This document shows positions 1-10,206 of a stretch of DNA of 64,000 nt, in pieces. Every line of letters starts with the position of its first letter. Position 1 is the first letter of the stretch. Under the pieces are notes generated by a model. The model was not told the origin of the DNA, ran no database searches, and was given only the letters and a program-made list of their open reading frames with translations. The stretch comes from an uncultured Chloroflexia bacterium. GTDB taxonomy: Bacteria; Chloroflexota; Anaerolineae; JAAYZQ01. The DNA is taken from assembly GCA_963700285.1 (NCBI GenBank), contig CAVOXA010000022.1, positions 160,001 through 224,000 of the forward strand. The letters are read 5' to 3'. Both the position numbers and the translations under genes were made by a program.

Positions 1-1
1 A

Positions 2-3000
2 CCTGGGAGCCGGCTGGACGTGGGTGAGGCGCTGGATCGCTTGCGCGCGCTGCGCAACAGCAGCTTGTTGACCTACAGCTCGCAGACAGGCCGCTACGGG
101 CAGCAGGTATTGCTGCGCTTGGCCGCCAGCCGAGAGCTGGCACGCCTGGGCGCCGTCGCTTCGAGCTCAGGCCGGCAGATGCGCGGCTCTGAGCCCGCTG
201 CCTGGCAGGACCTCACCGAAGGAGCCCGGCTGCGCGTGGGCCATCATTTCCTGGAGGTGGCGCGGTCAGCGGACGAGGACAAGCGCTACGGCGAGCTGGA
301 CCTGGATTGGCCGCACCTGCGGGCGGCGCTGGAGTACGCCAGGCAACTGGATGCGGATCTGTTCTCGGAACTGGTCCAGGTATTGAACAACTATTGGAGT
401 GCCAGGGGCATGGCCCGTGAGCAGGTGGTGTGGAATGACCTTGCCGCCAAAGGCTCTAGCCGCGCTGGCCGGCAGGACATAGAGGGCATTCATCTGGGCG
501 CTTTGGGGGCCGCCTACGACGAGTTGGGCGAACCCCAACAGGCAATCGAGGCCTACGGCCGGGCCATCCGGGCCAGCCGTGCCAGCGGTGACCAGGATGG
601 TGAGGCCAGCTATCTGCGAGGTGTGGGCTTGGCTTATCAGGAGTTGGGCGACACCGAGCGGGCCATGCACTACTACCAGCAGTCGTTGGACCTGAACCGC
701 GAGAAGGGCAACGTACCGGGCGAGGCGTCTGCCCTGGCTTGCCTGGGACATGCTCATGCGGAGCAAGGCGACTACCGGCGAGCCGTCGGCTGCTATCAGC
801 AGGCCGTCGGCCTGGCCCAGGAGATCGGTGACCGCCAGGCGGAGGGGGCATGGCTTGGTGCGCTGGCGCGGTGCTATGCCGAGCTGGGCGATGTGCATCA
901 GGCCATAAACACATCGGAGCGGGCGCTGGCCATCGTGCGGGCCAGCGGCAACAGGCGCGAAGAAGCTGCCCTCCTGGTCATTCTGGGCGAGGCCTATGCC
1001 CAGGTAGACCAAGGAGCGGCAACACGAGACGAGGCTGGCGGGCAAAGCCGCGTGGACGCGGCGCGCACCTGGGATGGCGTGGGATTCGATGGCCCCACGG
1101 CGGAAGGCCGGGCCTGGGGCGAAGAGGTTGAGCTGACGCCCATTCGCCAGATCCTCGTGCCAGCGCTACGGGGGATTGAGGTGTGGGTTGAGACCCCCTT
1201 CCCACCAGACCTGGACCTCGCGGACATTGTCGTTCAGCAGCCAGCGGCGGAAGGGCCGGGCGATGTGGCAGCGCGATGCGGCGACGACGGTGATGTGGAC
1301 CTTTTTGTCCAGGATATCTGGGCGACCAGGCCCCCCCTTACGCTGGGGAGGTGGGAGACCCTTGCCTTTCGCATCAAGAATCAGGGGACGGCCTCAACTT
1401 GCCAGCGTTTCTACATTCGGATGTGGTTCGACGGCACCCTGATCCGTACCTGGTACGTGGACGGGTTGGGAGCGGGGCGAACGGCCGTCGGCAGGGTGCA
1501 GGTCAAGGTGGCGGAACCTGGCAGCCATCAGATCAGGGTTCAGGTTGATTGCAGCCATCGTGTCAGCGAGACCAACCCGGACAACAACTTTCGGACCGAG
1601 ACCTGGGTCTGGGGCGAGCCGCGGGGCGCGGCGGCGCCTGGTGGTCAATCTGGACAGCCTGCCGTCGAGGAGATCGAGGCCCGCCTCGCTGGCCCGGAGC
1701 CCTTGCTGACCGAGTGGGGCGAGGAAGCTGAACTGGCCGGGATCAAGCAGATCATGCTGCCCTCGTTGTATGGGGTGGATGTGAGAACCAGCCAGGACCC
1801 GCAAGTCCAGCCTTTGGACTGGGGTGAGGGTATGCGCACCGCTGCCGGCCAGGCAGACCTCGTCGTTCAGGATATCTGGTCGACCTCGACGCCGCTCACC
1901 CTGGAGGACTGGACTACCATCGCTTTTCGTGTTCGAAACCAGGGCGCGCTCTCGATTTCTGCCCGCTTTTACGTGCGGATGTGGCTGGAAGACACGGTGG
2001 CCGGCACCTGGTACCTGGATGGCCTGGAAGCTGGCCGTACGGCCGTCGGCTGGGTACAGGCCAAGGTGGCGGAGGCCGGCAGCTATACCATCAGGGTCTA
2101 CGCGGACTATGGCGATGCGGTGCCCGAGGCCAGTGAGGACAACAACGAGCGGATCGAGAGCTGGGTCTGGGGCGGGGAAGCGGTTGAGCCACCCTGGAGT
2201 GGCAGCTACGATCCAGAACAGGAAGAGGCGTTGCTCGCCGGTCCCGTACCTGGGCCCCATGACTGGGGCACAGAACGAGAGCTAATCCGGATCAGACAAA
2301 CCGTGCTCCCGCCTGTACCGGAGGGCGACCAGGTCTACGACGAGAGCCAGACCATCAGCAGGATAGGGGTGGACCTCGCTGTCCTCGACATCTGGTCGCC
2401 TTCGGAACCCCTGGTAGCTGGGGAATGGGAGACCATCGCTTTTCGTATCGTGAACCAGGGGACCGATGCTGCTGACCCCCGTTTCTACACGCGCATGTGG
2501 TTCGACCGCATCCTGATCCGAACCTGGTATGTCGACGGCCTGGCGTCTGGGGCCACTGGCATCGGCTGGGTGCAGGTGCGGGTAGCGGATCCCGGCAGCC
2601 ACCAGATCAGGATCCAGGTCGATGTGACCAGCGCCGTCTCGGAAGCGGACGAGGAGAACAATGTGCGATCCGAGACCTGGGTCTGGGAGGAGCCGCGGCC
2701 CGCCCAGACCTCTACGGTGCCGGTGGAACCAGCACTGGTGGCCGTGCCGCCGGTGGCCGGACCACCTGTGGCCACACCACCGGTGGCCGTGCCGCCGAAG
2801 GAGTTTGTGGAGGGTAAAGTTGGGACAGCCATCACGGGCCAACTGCCGGCGGCGGCTCCCATCGGCATCGGCACCGCCGGAACCGGCACCGCCGGAACCG
2901 GCACCGCCGTCAAAGGCACGGGCCAGGCACAAAGCCGCGAGTTGTGGGCCAAAGCCCTGGAGATCTATCAAGAGATAGGCGACCCCCGCAGCGGGGAGGT

Positions 3001-3031
3001 GCGTGCCAGGTTGGATGCGCTGGACAATTGA
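2..3031 (+). CDS. 5'-truncated STAND/NB-ARC-like TPR protein with three inserted CARDB-like domains
   Basis: Frame is open from the window edge. Winged-helix-like LRNSSLL...RYGQQVLLR, then TPR repeats (LGAAYDELGEPQQAIEAY, etc.), three DL.V.DIW...NQG...E..E.NN CARDB-like units and a final TPR helix (LWAKALEIYQEIGDP). Confidence 0.8.
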   Translation, partial: PGSRLDVGEALDRLRALRNSSLLTYSSQTGRYGQQVLLRLAASRELARLGAVASSSGRQMRGSEPAAWQDLTEGARLRVGHHFLEVARSADEDKRYGELDLDWPHLRAALEYARQLDADLFSELVQVLNNYWSARGMAREQVVWNDLAAKGSSRAGRQDIEGIHLGALGAAYDELGEPQQAIEAYGRAIRASRASGDQDGEASYLRGVGLAYQELGDTERAMHYYQQSLDLNREKGNVPGEASALACLGHAHAEQGDYRRAVGCYQQAVGLAQEIGDRQAEGAWLGALARCYAELGDVHQAINTSERALAIVRASGNRREEAALLVILGEAYAQVDQGAATRDEAGGQSRVDAARTWDGVGFDGPTAEGRAWGEEVELTPIRQILVPALRGIEVWVETPFPPDLDLADIVVQQPAAEGPGDVAARCGDDGDVDLFVQDIWATRPPLTLGRWETLAFRIKNQGTASTCQRFYIRMWFDGTLIRTWYVDGLGAGRTAVGRVQVKVAEPGSHQIRVQVDCSHRVSETNPDNNFRTETWVWGEPRGAAAPGGQSGQPAVEEIEARLAGPEPLLTEWGEEAELAGIKQIMLPSLYGVDVRTSQDPQVQPLDWGEGMRTAAGQADLVVQDIWSTSTPLTLEDWTTIAFRVRNQGALSISARFYVRMWLEDTVAGTWYLDGLEAGRTAVGWVQAKVAEAGSYTIRVYADYGDAVPEASEDNNERIESWVWGGEAVEPPWSGSYDPEQEEALLAGPVPGPHDWGTERELIRIRQTVLPPVPEGDQVYDESQTISRIGVDLAVLDIWSPSEPLVAGEWETIAFRIVNQGTDAADPRFYTRMWFDRILIRTWYVDGLASGATGIGWVQVRVADPGSHQIRIQVDVTSAVSEADEENNVRSETWVWEEPRPAQTSTVPVEPALVAVPPVAGPPVATPPVAVPPKEFVEGKVGTAITGQLPAAAPIGIGTAGTGTAGTGTAVKGTGQAQSRELWAKALEIYQEIGDPRSGEVRARLDALDN

Positions 3032-3053
3032 TTCGATAGCAAAAGGCCGGACA

Positions 3054-3090
3054 ACAGAGCTCCAAGGGTTCTCCTTGGAGCTTTTGTTTT
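3054..3090 (+). terminator. intrinsic terminator
   Basis: gagctccaagg-gttct-ccttggagct stem followed by a T-rich tract, just after the stop at 3031. Confidence 0.75.
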
Positions 3091-3091
3091 C

Positions 3092-3120
3092 TTGCAGTTT
3101 TCAATGATTTATGATATAAT
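3092..3120 (+). promoter_or_regulatory. sigma70-type promoter
   Basis: TTGCAG-17bp-TATAAT with extended -10 TG, upstream of 3218. Confidence 0.65.
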
Positions 3121-3217
3121 CTCTCATGTTCGCCTATAAACCAGCTTGTCCGCTGCTCTGGCCGGGGCATTTGCCCACGTTGGCTCAGCCCACGGACTCG
3201 GGTGATCGGAGGTAGGG

Positions 3218-6200
3218 ATGATGAGTGCAGGACTGGTCAGGAAGGGTAGAAGGGGAGTTGGTATAGCGACCATGTTGCTGGCGGTACTGTTGCTCTTGGG
3301 AACGGCCCAGGCGGCGCCACCCGAGCCTTATATGGTCAAGGACATCAGGTCTGGAGCTGGCGCTTCGGATCCCAGGGACCTGGAGAGTGCGGGTGGGCTC
3401 CTGTACTTTGTGGCCAATGACGGCGCAAGCGCGCACGACGACGAGCTGTGGCGCAGCAATGGCAGTGAGGGCGGTACCATCCTGGTCAAAGACATCAAAC
3501 CTGCTGGCCCTTCCGCCCCATACGAGCTGACGGCGGTTGGCGCCCGGGTGTTCTTCCGGGCGGACGATGGAACCTATGGCCGGGAGCTGTGGGTCAGTGA
3601 TGGTGGTGAAGCAGGTACCCGCAAGGTCAAGGACATCAACCCCGGGGCTGGAAGCTCGTATCCCAGCGGTCTGACGGCGGTGGGCGGGCACGTCTTTTTC
3701 CACGCGGACGATGGGGCCCTGGGCCACGGCCGGGAGCTTTGGGAAAGCGACGGGACGGAGCTCGGTACGGCCCTGGTCCGCGATATTAATCCAGGCGCCG
3801 GGGGCTCCAATCCCGGGCACCTGGTGGAGGTGGGCGGAATCCTCTATTTTAGCGCCGAGAAGGGCGACAGTGGAGACGAGTTGTGGCGCAGCGACGGGCT
3901 GGCCGCGGGGACCAGCATGGTCAAAGACATCAGGCCCGGCGCCCTGGGGTCCTACCTGGAAGACCTGGTCAACGTGGGCGGCACGCTGTTCTTTAGCGCC
4001 GATGATGGGACGTCAGGCCGGGAGCTGTGGAAGAGCAATGGCACCGACGCCGGCACCGTCCGCGTCAAGGATATCAATGCTGGCGCTGGGAGTTCCAACC
4101 CCCAGGCGCTGGCGGACTTGAACGGTGTTTTGATCTTTAGCGCCGATGATGGCGCTGGGCACGGCCGGGAGCTGTGGAAGAGCGATGGTACGGCCGGGGG
4201 TACGGTCATGATCAAGGACATTGTCCCCGGCAGCGGCAGTTCGACGCCGGAGAGTTTTACGGCGGTCAGCACCTCCGCCTTCCAGGGCTTTTTGTTTGCC
4301 GCCAGCGACGGGCCGTCGGGTGGCCACGGCAACGAGTTGTGGAAGAGCGATGGGACGGAATCTGGCACGAGCATGGTCCGGGACATCAATTCCGGCAGTG
4401 CGGGCTCTTATCCGCAGAGTCTGGCTTCCGTGGGCGGCTGGGTGTTCTTTAGCGCCGATGACGGGGCGGCGGCGCCTGGCGGGCACGGTCGCGAGCTGTG
4501 GAAGAGCAATGGCAATCAGGCGGACACGGTCCTGGTGGCGGACATCAACGACGGGCCGGCGTCCTCGAACCCGAACGCTCTGGAGGCCGAGGGCGGCCTA
4601 CTCTTTTTCAACGCCAACGACGGGGAGCATGGTTCCGAGTTGTGGGCCCTGGTGGCCTACGCCCCCGACCTGGTGATGTCCAAGCAGGTCGCCCCGGCCA
4701 CGACGGTGGCGCCGGGGGATGTGGTGACCTATGCCCTTTCCTTTGTGAATGATGGCAACGCTGTGGCCACCGGCGTGGTGGTCAGCGACGAATTGCCTGC
4801 TGAGCTGACCGAGGTTCGGGTCGAGAGCGATCTGGTTTTATCGCCTGTGGCCGGGACCGCCTACCAGTGGGGCGTGGCTGACCTGGCGCCGGCCGAAGGC
4901 GGCCTGATCACCATCACGGCGGTGATCCAGCCGATGCAGGACCGGGGCTACAGCTTTGGCAACACGGCCGCCATCGCCACGACTGCCCAGGATTCCGACC
5001 TGAGGAACAACGAGGCGTCGGTGAATGTAACCGTCAATTACCCGCCGCTGGGGAAGGATGACGGGTACACGACGCAGGAGGACGAGGGACTCTCGGTCTC
5101 TGCGCCCGGGGTCCTGGACAACGACAGCGATCCTGAGGACAGCCCGCTGACCGCTGTGTTGGATGCGCCGCCGGCCGTAGGCGTGTTAGAGCTGAATGCG
5201 GATGGTTCCTTCACCTACGCGCCCCAACCCAACTATCACGGCGCTGTTACCTTTGACTACCATGCGCACGACGGCATGTTTGACTCCAACAGCAGCAGAG
5301 TGACCGTCAGCGTGGCGCCGGTCAATGATGCCCCCGTGGCGGTGAACGATGGTTACAGGACCATCGAGGACGTGGCCAAGTCGGTGCCGGCCCCGGGTGT
5401 GCTCTTGAATGACCAGGACGACGATGGCGACCCGCTGACCGCCGTTCTGGACAAGGCCCCGGAAAAGGGCGAGCTGGACCTCAGGCCCGATGGCTCGTTC
5501 ACCTATACGCCCAAGCCCGATTCAAATGGTGTGTTCAGTTTTACCTATCGCGCCTATGATGGTCAATTGGAATCGCAGAAGGCAACCGTGACCCTGGAGG
5601 TGGCCGCCGAGAACGACGCGCCGCGGGCCCATGATGATGGCTACAGTACCAAGGAGGACGAGGTGCTTCGCCTGCGCGCGCCCGGAGTTCTCGAGAACGA
5701 CGACGACCCCGACGGCGACGACCTGACCGTCTTCCTGGACAAGCCGCCGGAAGAGGGCGAGCTGGCGCTGCTGCCCGATGGTTCCCTGCTCTATACGCCG
5801 ACGCTCAATTACCACGGGCAGGTGAGCTTTGTCTACCACAGCAGCGATGGCATCGGCGGATCGGACCAGGCTACGGTCACGCTGGACGTCACCCCGGTCA
5901 ACGATGTGCCGGAGGCGCTGTCTGACAACTACAAGACGCTGACCAACCAGGTGCGGCAGGTTGCCGCGCCGGGGGTGTTGGGCAACGACCGGGACGTGGA
6001 GGGCGATGCGCTGACTGCGGTGCTGGATACAGATCCAGCCAAGGGCGACCTCGAGTTCGCCGCCGATGGCTCCTTCGTCTATACGCCCAAGCCTGATACG
6101 GAGGGGGTGTTTCCCTTCAAGTATCACGCGAATGATGGTACGGACGATTCAGAGCAGGCCATTGTTACCCTCACCGTCGCGGCGACGAACGAGGCCCCTA

Positions 6201-6796
6201 CGGCTGAGGGGGACAAATACACCACCGCCGAGGAGACCAAGCTGGTCGTCCCCGCGCCGGGCGTGCTGGACAACGACGACGACCCTGATGGTGACCTGTT
6301 GACCGCCCGTCTGGAGGCGCCGCCACTCCACGGCGACCTGCTCCTGGATTCCGATGGGTCCTTTGTCTTTCGCCCGGCGAAGGACTATTACGGACCGGAT
6401 TCGTTCACCTATCGCGCCTACGATGGGCTGGAGGAATCGTTGCCGGTGTCCGTGAACCTGACCGTGACACCCGTCAACGACGCCCCCGAGGCGATGAATG
6501 ACGCCTACCTGACCACAGATAAGAAGGCCCTGGAGATTCCCGGGCCTGGCGTGCTGGCCAACGACCGGGACGTGGAAGGCGATCCGTTACAGGCGCTGCT
6601 GGATACGCCCCCGCAGGAGGGCACGTTAAAGCTCAACGACGATGGATCCTTCCGCTATGAACCGGTGGAGGGCCGCTTTGGCGCCTTTGCCTTCACCTAC
6701 CGGGCCAGCGACGGCCATCTGAATTCCAGTCCGGCCACGGTGACCATCACCGTCGCCCCGTCGCTCCCGGTCTATCTGCCGCTCATTCGCCGCTAG
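3218..6796 (+). CDS. secreted ELWxxDGT-repeat protein with DUF11 and tandem Ig/cadherin-like (tandem-95) domains
   Basis: Signal peptide; many ELWKS(D/N)GT repeats; APDLVMSKQV DUF11; six AP.A.DD.Y.T.ED...GVL.ND.D.DGD.L repeats; ends VYLPLIRR. Confidence 0.9.
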   Translation: MMSAGLVRKGRRGVGIATMLLAVLLLLGTAQAAPPEPYMVKDIRSGAGASDPRDLESAGGLLYFVANDGASAHDDELWRSNGSEGGTILVKDIKPAGPSAPYELTAVGARVFFRADDGTYGRELWVSDGGEAGTRKVKDINPGAGSSYPSGLTAVGGHVFFHADDGALGHGRELWESDGTELGTALVRDINPGAGGSNPGHLVEVGGILYFSAEKGDSGDELWRSDGLAAGTSMVKDIRPGALGSYLEDLVNVGGTLFFSADDGTSGRELWKSNGTDAGTVRVKDINAGAGSSNPQALADLNGVLIFSADDGAGHGRELWKSDGTAGGTVMIKDIVPGSGSSTPESFTAVSTSAFQGFLFAASDGPSGGHGNELWKSDGTESGTSMVRDINSGSAGSYPQSLASVGGWVFFSADDGAAAPGGHGRELWKSNGNQADTVLVADINDGPASSNPNALEAEGGLLFFNANDGEHGSELWALVAYAPDLVMSKQVAPATTVAPGDVVTYALSFVNDGNAVATGVVVSDELPAELTEVRVESDLVLSPVAGTAYQWGVADLAPAEGGLITITAVIQPMQDRGYSFGNTAAIATTAQDSDLRNNEASVNVTVNYPPLGKDDGYTTQEDEGLSVSAPGVLDNDSDPEDSPLTAVLDAPPAVGVLELNADGSFTYAPQPNYHGAVTFDYHAHDGMFDSNSSRVTVSVAPVNDAPVAVNDGYRTIEDVAKSVPAPGVLLNDQDDDGDPLTAVLDKAPEKGELDLRPDGSFTYTPKPDSNGVFSFTYRAYDGQLESQKATVTLEVAAENDAPRAHDDGYSTKEDEVLRLRAPGVLENDDDPDGDDLTVFLDKPPEEGELALLPDGSLLYTPTLNYHGQVSFVYHSSDGIGGSDQATVTLDVTPVNDVPEALSDNYKTLTNQVRQVAAPGVLGNDRDVEGDALTAVLDTDPAKGDLEFAADGSFVYTPKPDTEGVFPFKYHANDGTDDSEQAIVTLTVAATNEAPTAEGDKYTTAEETKLVVPAPGVLDNDDDPDGDLLTARLEAPPLHGDLLLDSDGSFVFRPAKDYYGPDSFTYRAYDGLEESLPVSVNLTVTPVNDAPEAMNDAYLTTDKKALEIPGPGVLANDRDVEGDPLQALLDTPPQEGTLKLNDDGSFRYEPVEGRFGAFAFTYRASDGHLNSSPATVTITVAPSLPVYLPLIRR

Positions 6797-6823
6797 GGCA
6801 TCCGTCGCGCGATAGGGACTGAA

Positions 6824-6860
6824 AGAATGGTCCAGTCTGGCAGGGACTGGACCATTCTTT
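6824..6860 (+). terminator. terminator-like hairpin
   Basis: aagaatggtccagtc-tggcagg-gactggaccattctt inverted repeat after the stop. Confidence 0.7.
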
Positions 6861-7086
6861 GTGCAGGATCACCCATGGCTGTCCTGGGTTTCTGTATCAA
6901 CCTCGCGGTCAGTCAGCCTTCGTCCTTGGCTCACACAGGGTCCGTCCCAAAGCAGACTCCCACCGAAAGCGAACCACTACCTGTCCTGGCGACGACTAGA
7001 CCTGCCCGCGCCCTTGTGGTAGAATAGCGCTGTGCTGGCAGTCCTATAACGCATCGAAACGTACCTCAGCCGGGTAAGGAGGCATC

Positions 7087-9393
7087 GTGCCCAACCGAAC
7101 AAGAACCATCTCGCTGGTGCTGGCCCTCGTACTGCTCTTCGCTGTCGCCCAGATCGTCAACCTTGGCGTCCTGGCCTCTGCCCCCGGCGAGGATGAGGGC
7201 GCCGCGAACCAGAGCGGAGCGCGGCCGGCCGGTCGCGCGCTGGCGCCCGGGACCGCCGCGCCTCGAGCCATCGTTCGCTACGCCGATCGGTTTGCCGTCT
7301 CGCCCCCGCTGCGGTCCCTGGACGGGCCTGCGCTGCCACAGCCTGCCGGGCCAGGGGTTGGCGACAATCTGCGCGAGGTCCCCCGCCCGGTCGGACCGCG
7401 CCAGGGCGGCGACGAACCTGGGTCGGAGCGCGGCCCGGGCATCCTCGCCCCCGGGCTGGGGCCCGTCGCGCCGGCCATGCCGACGCCCGTGGTGAGCTTT
7501 GGCGGTGGCAGCAATGTCGACAACGTGACCCTTCTCGGTTATTGGGTGATGCCGCCCGATACCAACGGCGCCGTAGGACCGGACCACTATGTCCAGATGC
7601 TCAATTGGATCTTTGGCATCTGGGACAAGAGCGGGAGGCAGCTCCTGGGTCCCATGAGCACCAGGTCGCTGTGGAGCGGGTTGGGAGGGCTGTGCGAATC
7701 CAGCAGTCGGGGTGATCCCATCGTCCTCTATGACTCGATGGCCGATCGATGGTTGATGAGCGAGTTCGCCTTCGACCAGGACTTGCAAGGCGAGCCGGAG
7801 GGGCCCTTTTACGAGTGTGTTGCCATCTCCCAGACCCCCGACCCGACCGGCGCGTGGTACCTCTATTCCTTCCTGATATCCGAGACAAAAATGAACGACT
7901 ATCCCAAGTTGGGTGTATGGCCTGACGGCTATTACATGTCGGTCAACCAATTTCTGACAGGCAACGGCGGTTGGGCCGGCGTCGGCGTGGCTGTCCTCGA
8001 ACGGGCCAAGATGCTGAAGGGCGAGCCGGCCCGGATCGTCTATTTTGACGTGGGCGCCGTGCACCGCGGCTACTTTGGCATGTTGCCCTCCGACCTGGAC
8101 GGCTCGAACCTGCCGCCATCGGCCCCCGGATCCGCAGGATCCGCAGGACCCGGTGGGTCCGGCGGGTCACCCAACTATTTTGTCGAGTGGGATGATTCGG
8201 CCTGGCTCGGCGATGCCCGGGACACCCTGCGGATCTGGGAATTTCACGTGGACTGGTCCGATCCGGCCCTGTCGAGCTTTGGCCTGTCAGGCTACGCGCC
8301 CAATGAACTGGTGCCGACGTCGAACGTCGATCCCAGCTTGTGCAGCTATTTGAGAAAGTGTATCCCGCAGCCGGGTACGACCCAGCGCGTGGATGCCATC
8401 TCTGACCGCCTGATGTACCGCCTGGCCTACCGCCGCTTTGGCGATCACGAAGCCCTGGTGGGCAATCACAGCGTGGACGTGGATGGCGCCAACCACGCCG
8501 GCATCCACTGGTTCGAGCTGCGCCGGTCGGGCGGCGCCTGGTCGCTGTACCAGGAGGGGGTCCACGCGCCCGACGACGTTGACCGCTGGATGGGCAGCAT
8601 CGCCATGGACCGGGTGGGCAACATCGCGCTGGGATACAGCGTCTCCAGCGAGGAGGTCTACCCCTCCGTCCGCTACGCCGGCCGGCTGGCGGACGATCCC
8701 CCCGGCCAGATGGCCCAGGGGGAAGCGACGCTGGTGGCCGGCCTTGGCTCGCAAAGCAACAGCGACCGCTGGGGAGACTATAGCAGGATGGCCGTCGATC
8801 CTGTGGACGATTGCACCTTCTGGTACACCCAGCAGTACTATGACCAGATCGGCCTGGATTGGCAAACGCGCATCGGAGCTTTCAAGTTCCCTTCGTGCAA
8901 AACATGGGCGAACCTGGCCATGAAAAAGTCGGCCGCACCGGAGGTCGTCGGGCCGGGACAGCCGGTGACCTATACGCTGGCCTTCTCCAACGTTGGATCG
9001 ACCCCCGCCACGAGGGTCGTCGTCAGTGACATGGTGCCGGCAGAACTGGAAGAGGTGCGCTTTGAGAGCAGCCGCCCGGTGACGCCCACAGGCGCCTTCA
9101 GTTATACCTGGCTGGTGGGCGACCTGGCCCCCGCGGAGAGGGACGTCATCACGCTGTCGGCCAGGATCCGGCCCGACCTGGAGGGGGTCCACATCTTTGA
9201 AAACCGGGCCGCCATCCGCAGCATGGAGAGCGAAATCGACCCCAGCGACAACGCCGACTCGGCCGAGGTCAGGGTCAGCCCCCTGCGCTTTTATATTCTC
9301 TTCCCCTGGCCCGGTCGGGGTGGCGGGGGCAGTGACAAAAAAGACAGGTCCAGTCTCCAGACTGGACCCGTCTTGTCTTGTCCCGCGTTCTAA
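7087..9393 (+). CDS. secreted protein, PPDTNGAVG...RWGDY beta-rich domain plus DUF11; 3' end probably frameshifted
   Basis: RBS aaggagg plus GTG; signal peptide; PPDTNGAVGPDHYVQ, DYPKLGVW and RWGDYS motifs; ANLAMKK DUF11. The ORF reads through a hairpin at 9340-9378. Confidence 0.8.
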   Translation: MPNRTRTISLVLALVLLFAVAQIVNLGVLASAPGEDEGAANQSGARPAGRALAPGTAAPRAIVRYADRFAVSPPLRSLDGPALPQPAGPGVGDNLREVPRPVGPRQGGDEPGSERGPGILAPGLGPVAPAMPTPVVSFGGGSNVDNVTLLGYWVMPPDTNGAVGPDHYVQMLNWIFGIWDKSGRQLLGPMSTRSLWSGLGGLCESSSRGDPIVLYDSMADRWLMSEFAFDQDLQGEPEGPFYECVAISQTPDPTGAWYLYSFLISETKMNDYPKLGVWPDGYYMSVNQFLTGNGGWAGVGVAVLERAKMLKGEPARIVYFDVGAVHRGYFGMLPSDLDGSNLPPSAPGSAGSAGPGGSGGSPNYFVEWDDSAWLGDARDTLRIWEFHVDWSDPALSSFGLSGYAPNELVPTSNVDPSLCSYLRKCIPQPGTTQRVDAISDRLMYRLAYRRFGDHEALVGNHSVDVDGANHAGIHWFELRRSGGAWSLYQEGVHAPDDVDRWMGSIAMDRVGNIALGYSVSSEEVYPSVRYAGRLADDPPGQMAQGEATLVAGLGSQSNSDRWGDYSRMAVDPVDDCTFWYTQQYYDQIGLDWQTRIGAFKFPSCKTWANLAMKKSAAPEVVGPGQPVTYTLAFSNVGSTPATRVVVSDMVPAELEEVRFESSRPVTPTGAFSYTWLVGDLAPAERDVITLSARIRPDLEGVHIFENRAAIRSMESEIDPSDNADSAEVRVSPLRFYILFPWPGRGGGGSDKKDRSSLQTGPVLSCPAF

Positions 9394-9848
9394 CGGTGGA
9401 TCTTGACCTTGGTTCCCTTGGGCGCCCACTTGTAGAGCCAGGCAGCATCCTTTCTCGAGAGATTGATGCAGCCGTGGCTCATGGGGTTGCCAAAATTGTT
9501 GTGCCAATAAGTGCCGTGTATGCCATAACTGCCATAAAAGTACATGGTGTGGGGCACATTGGGCAGGTTGTAGCCCGGCCCTCTCATCCTCACCCTGCGG
9601 TACTTGGCATAAATGCTGAAGGTGCCCTTGGGCGTTGGGGTACGCGAGGTACCGGTCGAGACCGGGAAGGCCTTGACGATCTGGTTCCCCTGGCGGGCGG
9701 CCATCCGCTGGCGGCTAAGGTCGACTTCGATCCACTTTCCCCCTGAGGCGGCCTTGGCGTAGGCGGCCGGCGGCATGACCAGGCCCGCGATGACGACCAT
9801 CGCGAGCGCCAGCGCCAGGGTACGCAGCCCCAGATTGGATGATTTCAT
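9390..9848 (-). CDS. L,D-transpeptidase (YkuD family), exported
   Basis: KWIEVDLSRQ, VSTG...TPKGTF and IHGTYWHNNFGNPMSHGCINL catalytic H/C motif; signal peptide; RBS upstream of ATG 9848. Confidence 0.9.
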   Translation of the reverse strand: MKSSNLGLRTLALALAMVVIAGLVMPPAAYAKAASGGKWIEVDLSRQRMAARQGNQIVKAFPVSTGTSRTPTPKGTFSIYAKYRRVRMRGPGYNLPNVPHTMYFYGSYGIHGTYWHNNFGNPMSHGCINLSRKDAAWLYKWAPKGTKVKIHR

Positions 9849-10070
9849 GATGTCGCTCCCCTCTTTCAAGATTGTGGTTGTTTCTCATGATTTTGACTGG
9901 TTCGTGACTGCATAGGGCCGAACCTGTCTGAACTATATTATAACTGGTTTACTGCACCGATGCAAATCGGCTTTTGGGATGGTTTCAGGGAGTATTCCGG
10001 TACCCCCCGAGGCGTAGACTGTAGGGGCGCTTTACCCCAAGGGGGCGCCGTTCGGCGTCTTGGTAGACAT

Positions 10071-10206
10071 AAACCCTAAGGGTCTTGGAGACCCTTAGGG
10101 TTTGAATTCGACATAAGACTGGAAAAGAACCCGGGCAGGTCACCGACCTGCCAAGCGCGCGGGGAATCGGCTAGACCTCGGAGGTCTTTCGAGACTTCCA
10201 AGGTCT
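10071..10206. repeat. two AGACC-n-GGTCT nested palindromic (REP-like) elements
   Basis: aaaccctaagggtct-tgg-agacccttagggttt (10071-10103) and agacctcggaggtct-ttcg-agacttccaaggtct (10173-10206). Confidence 0.75.
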
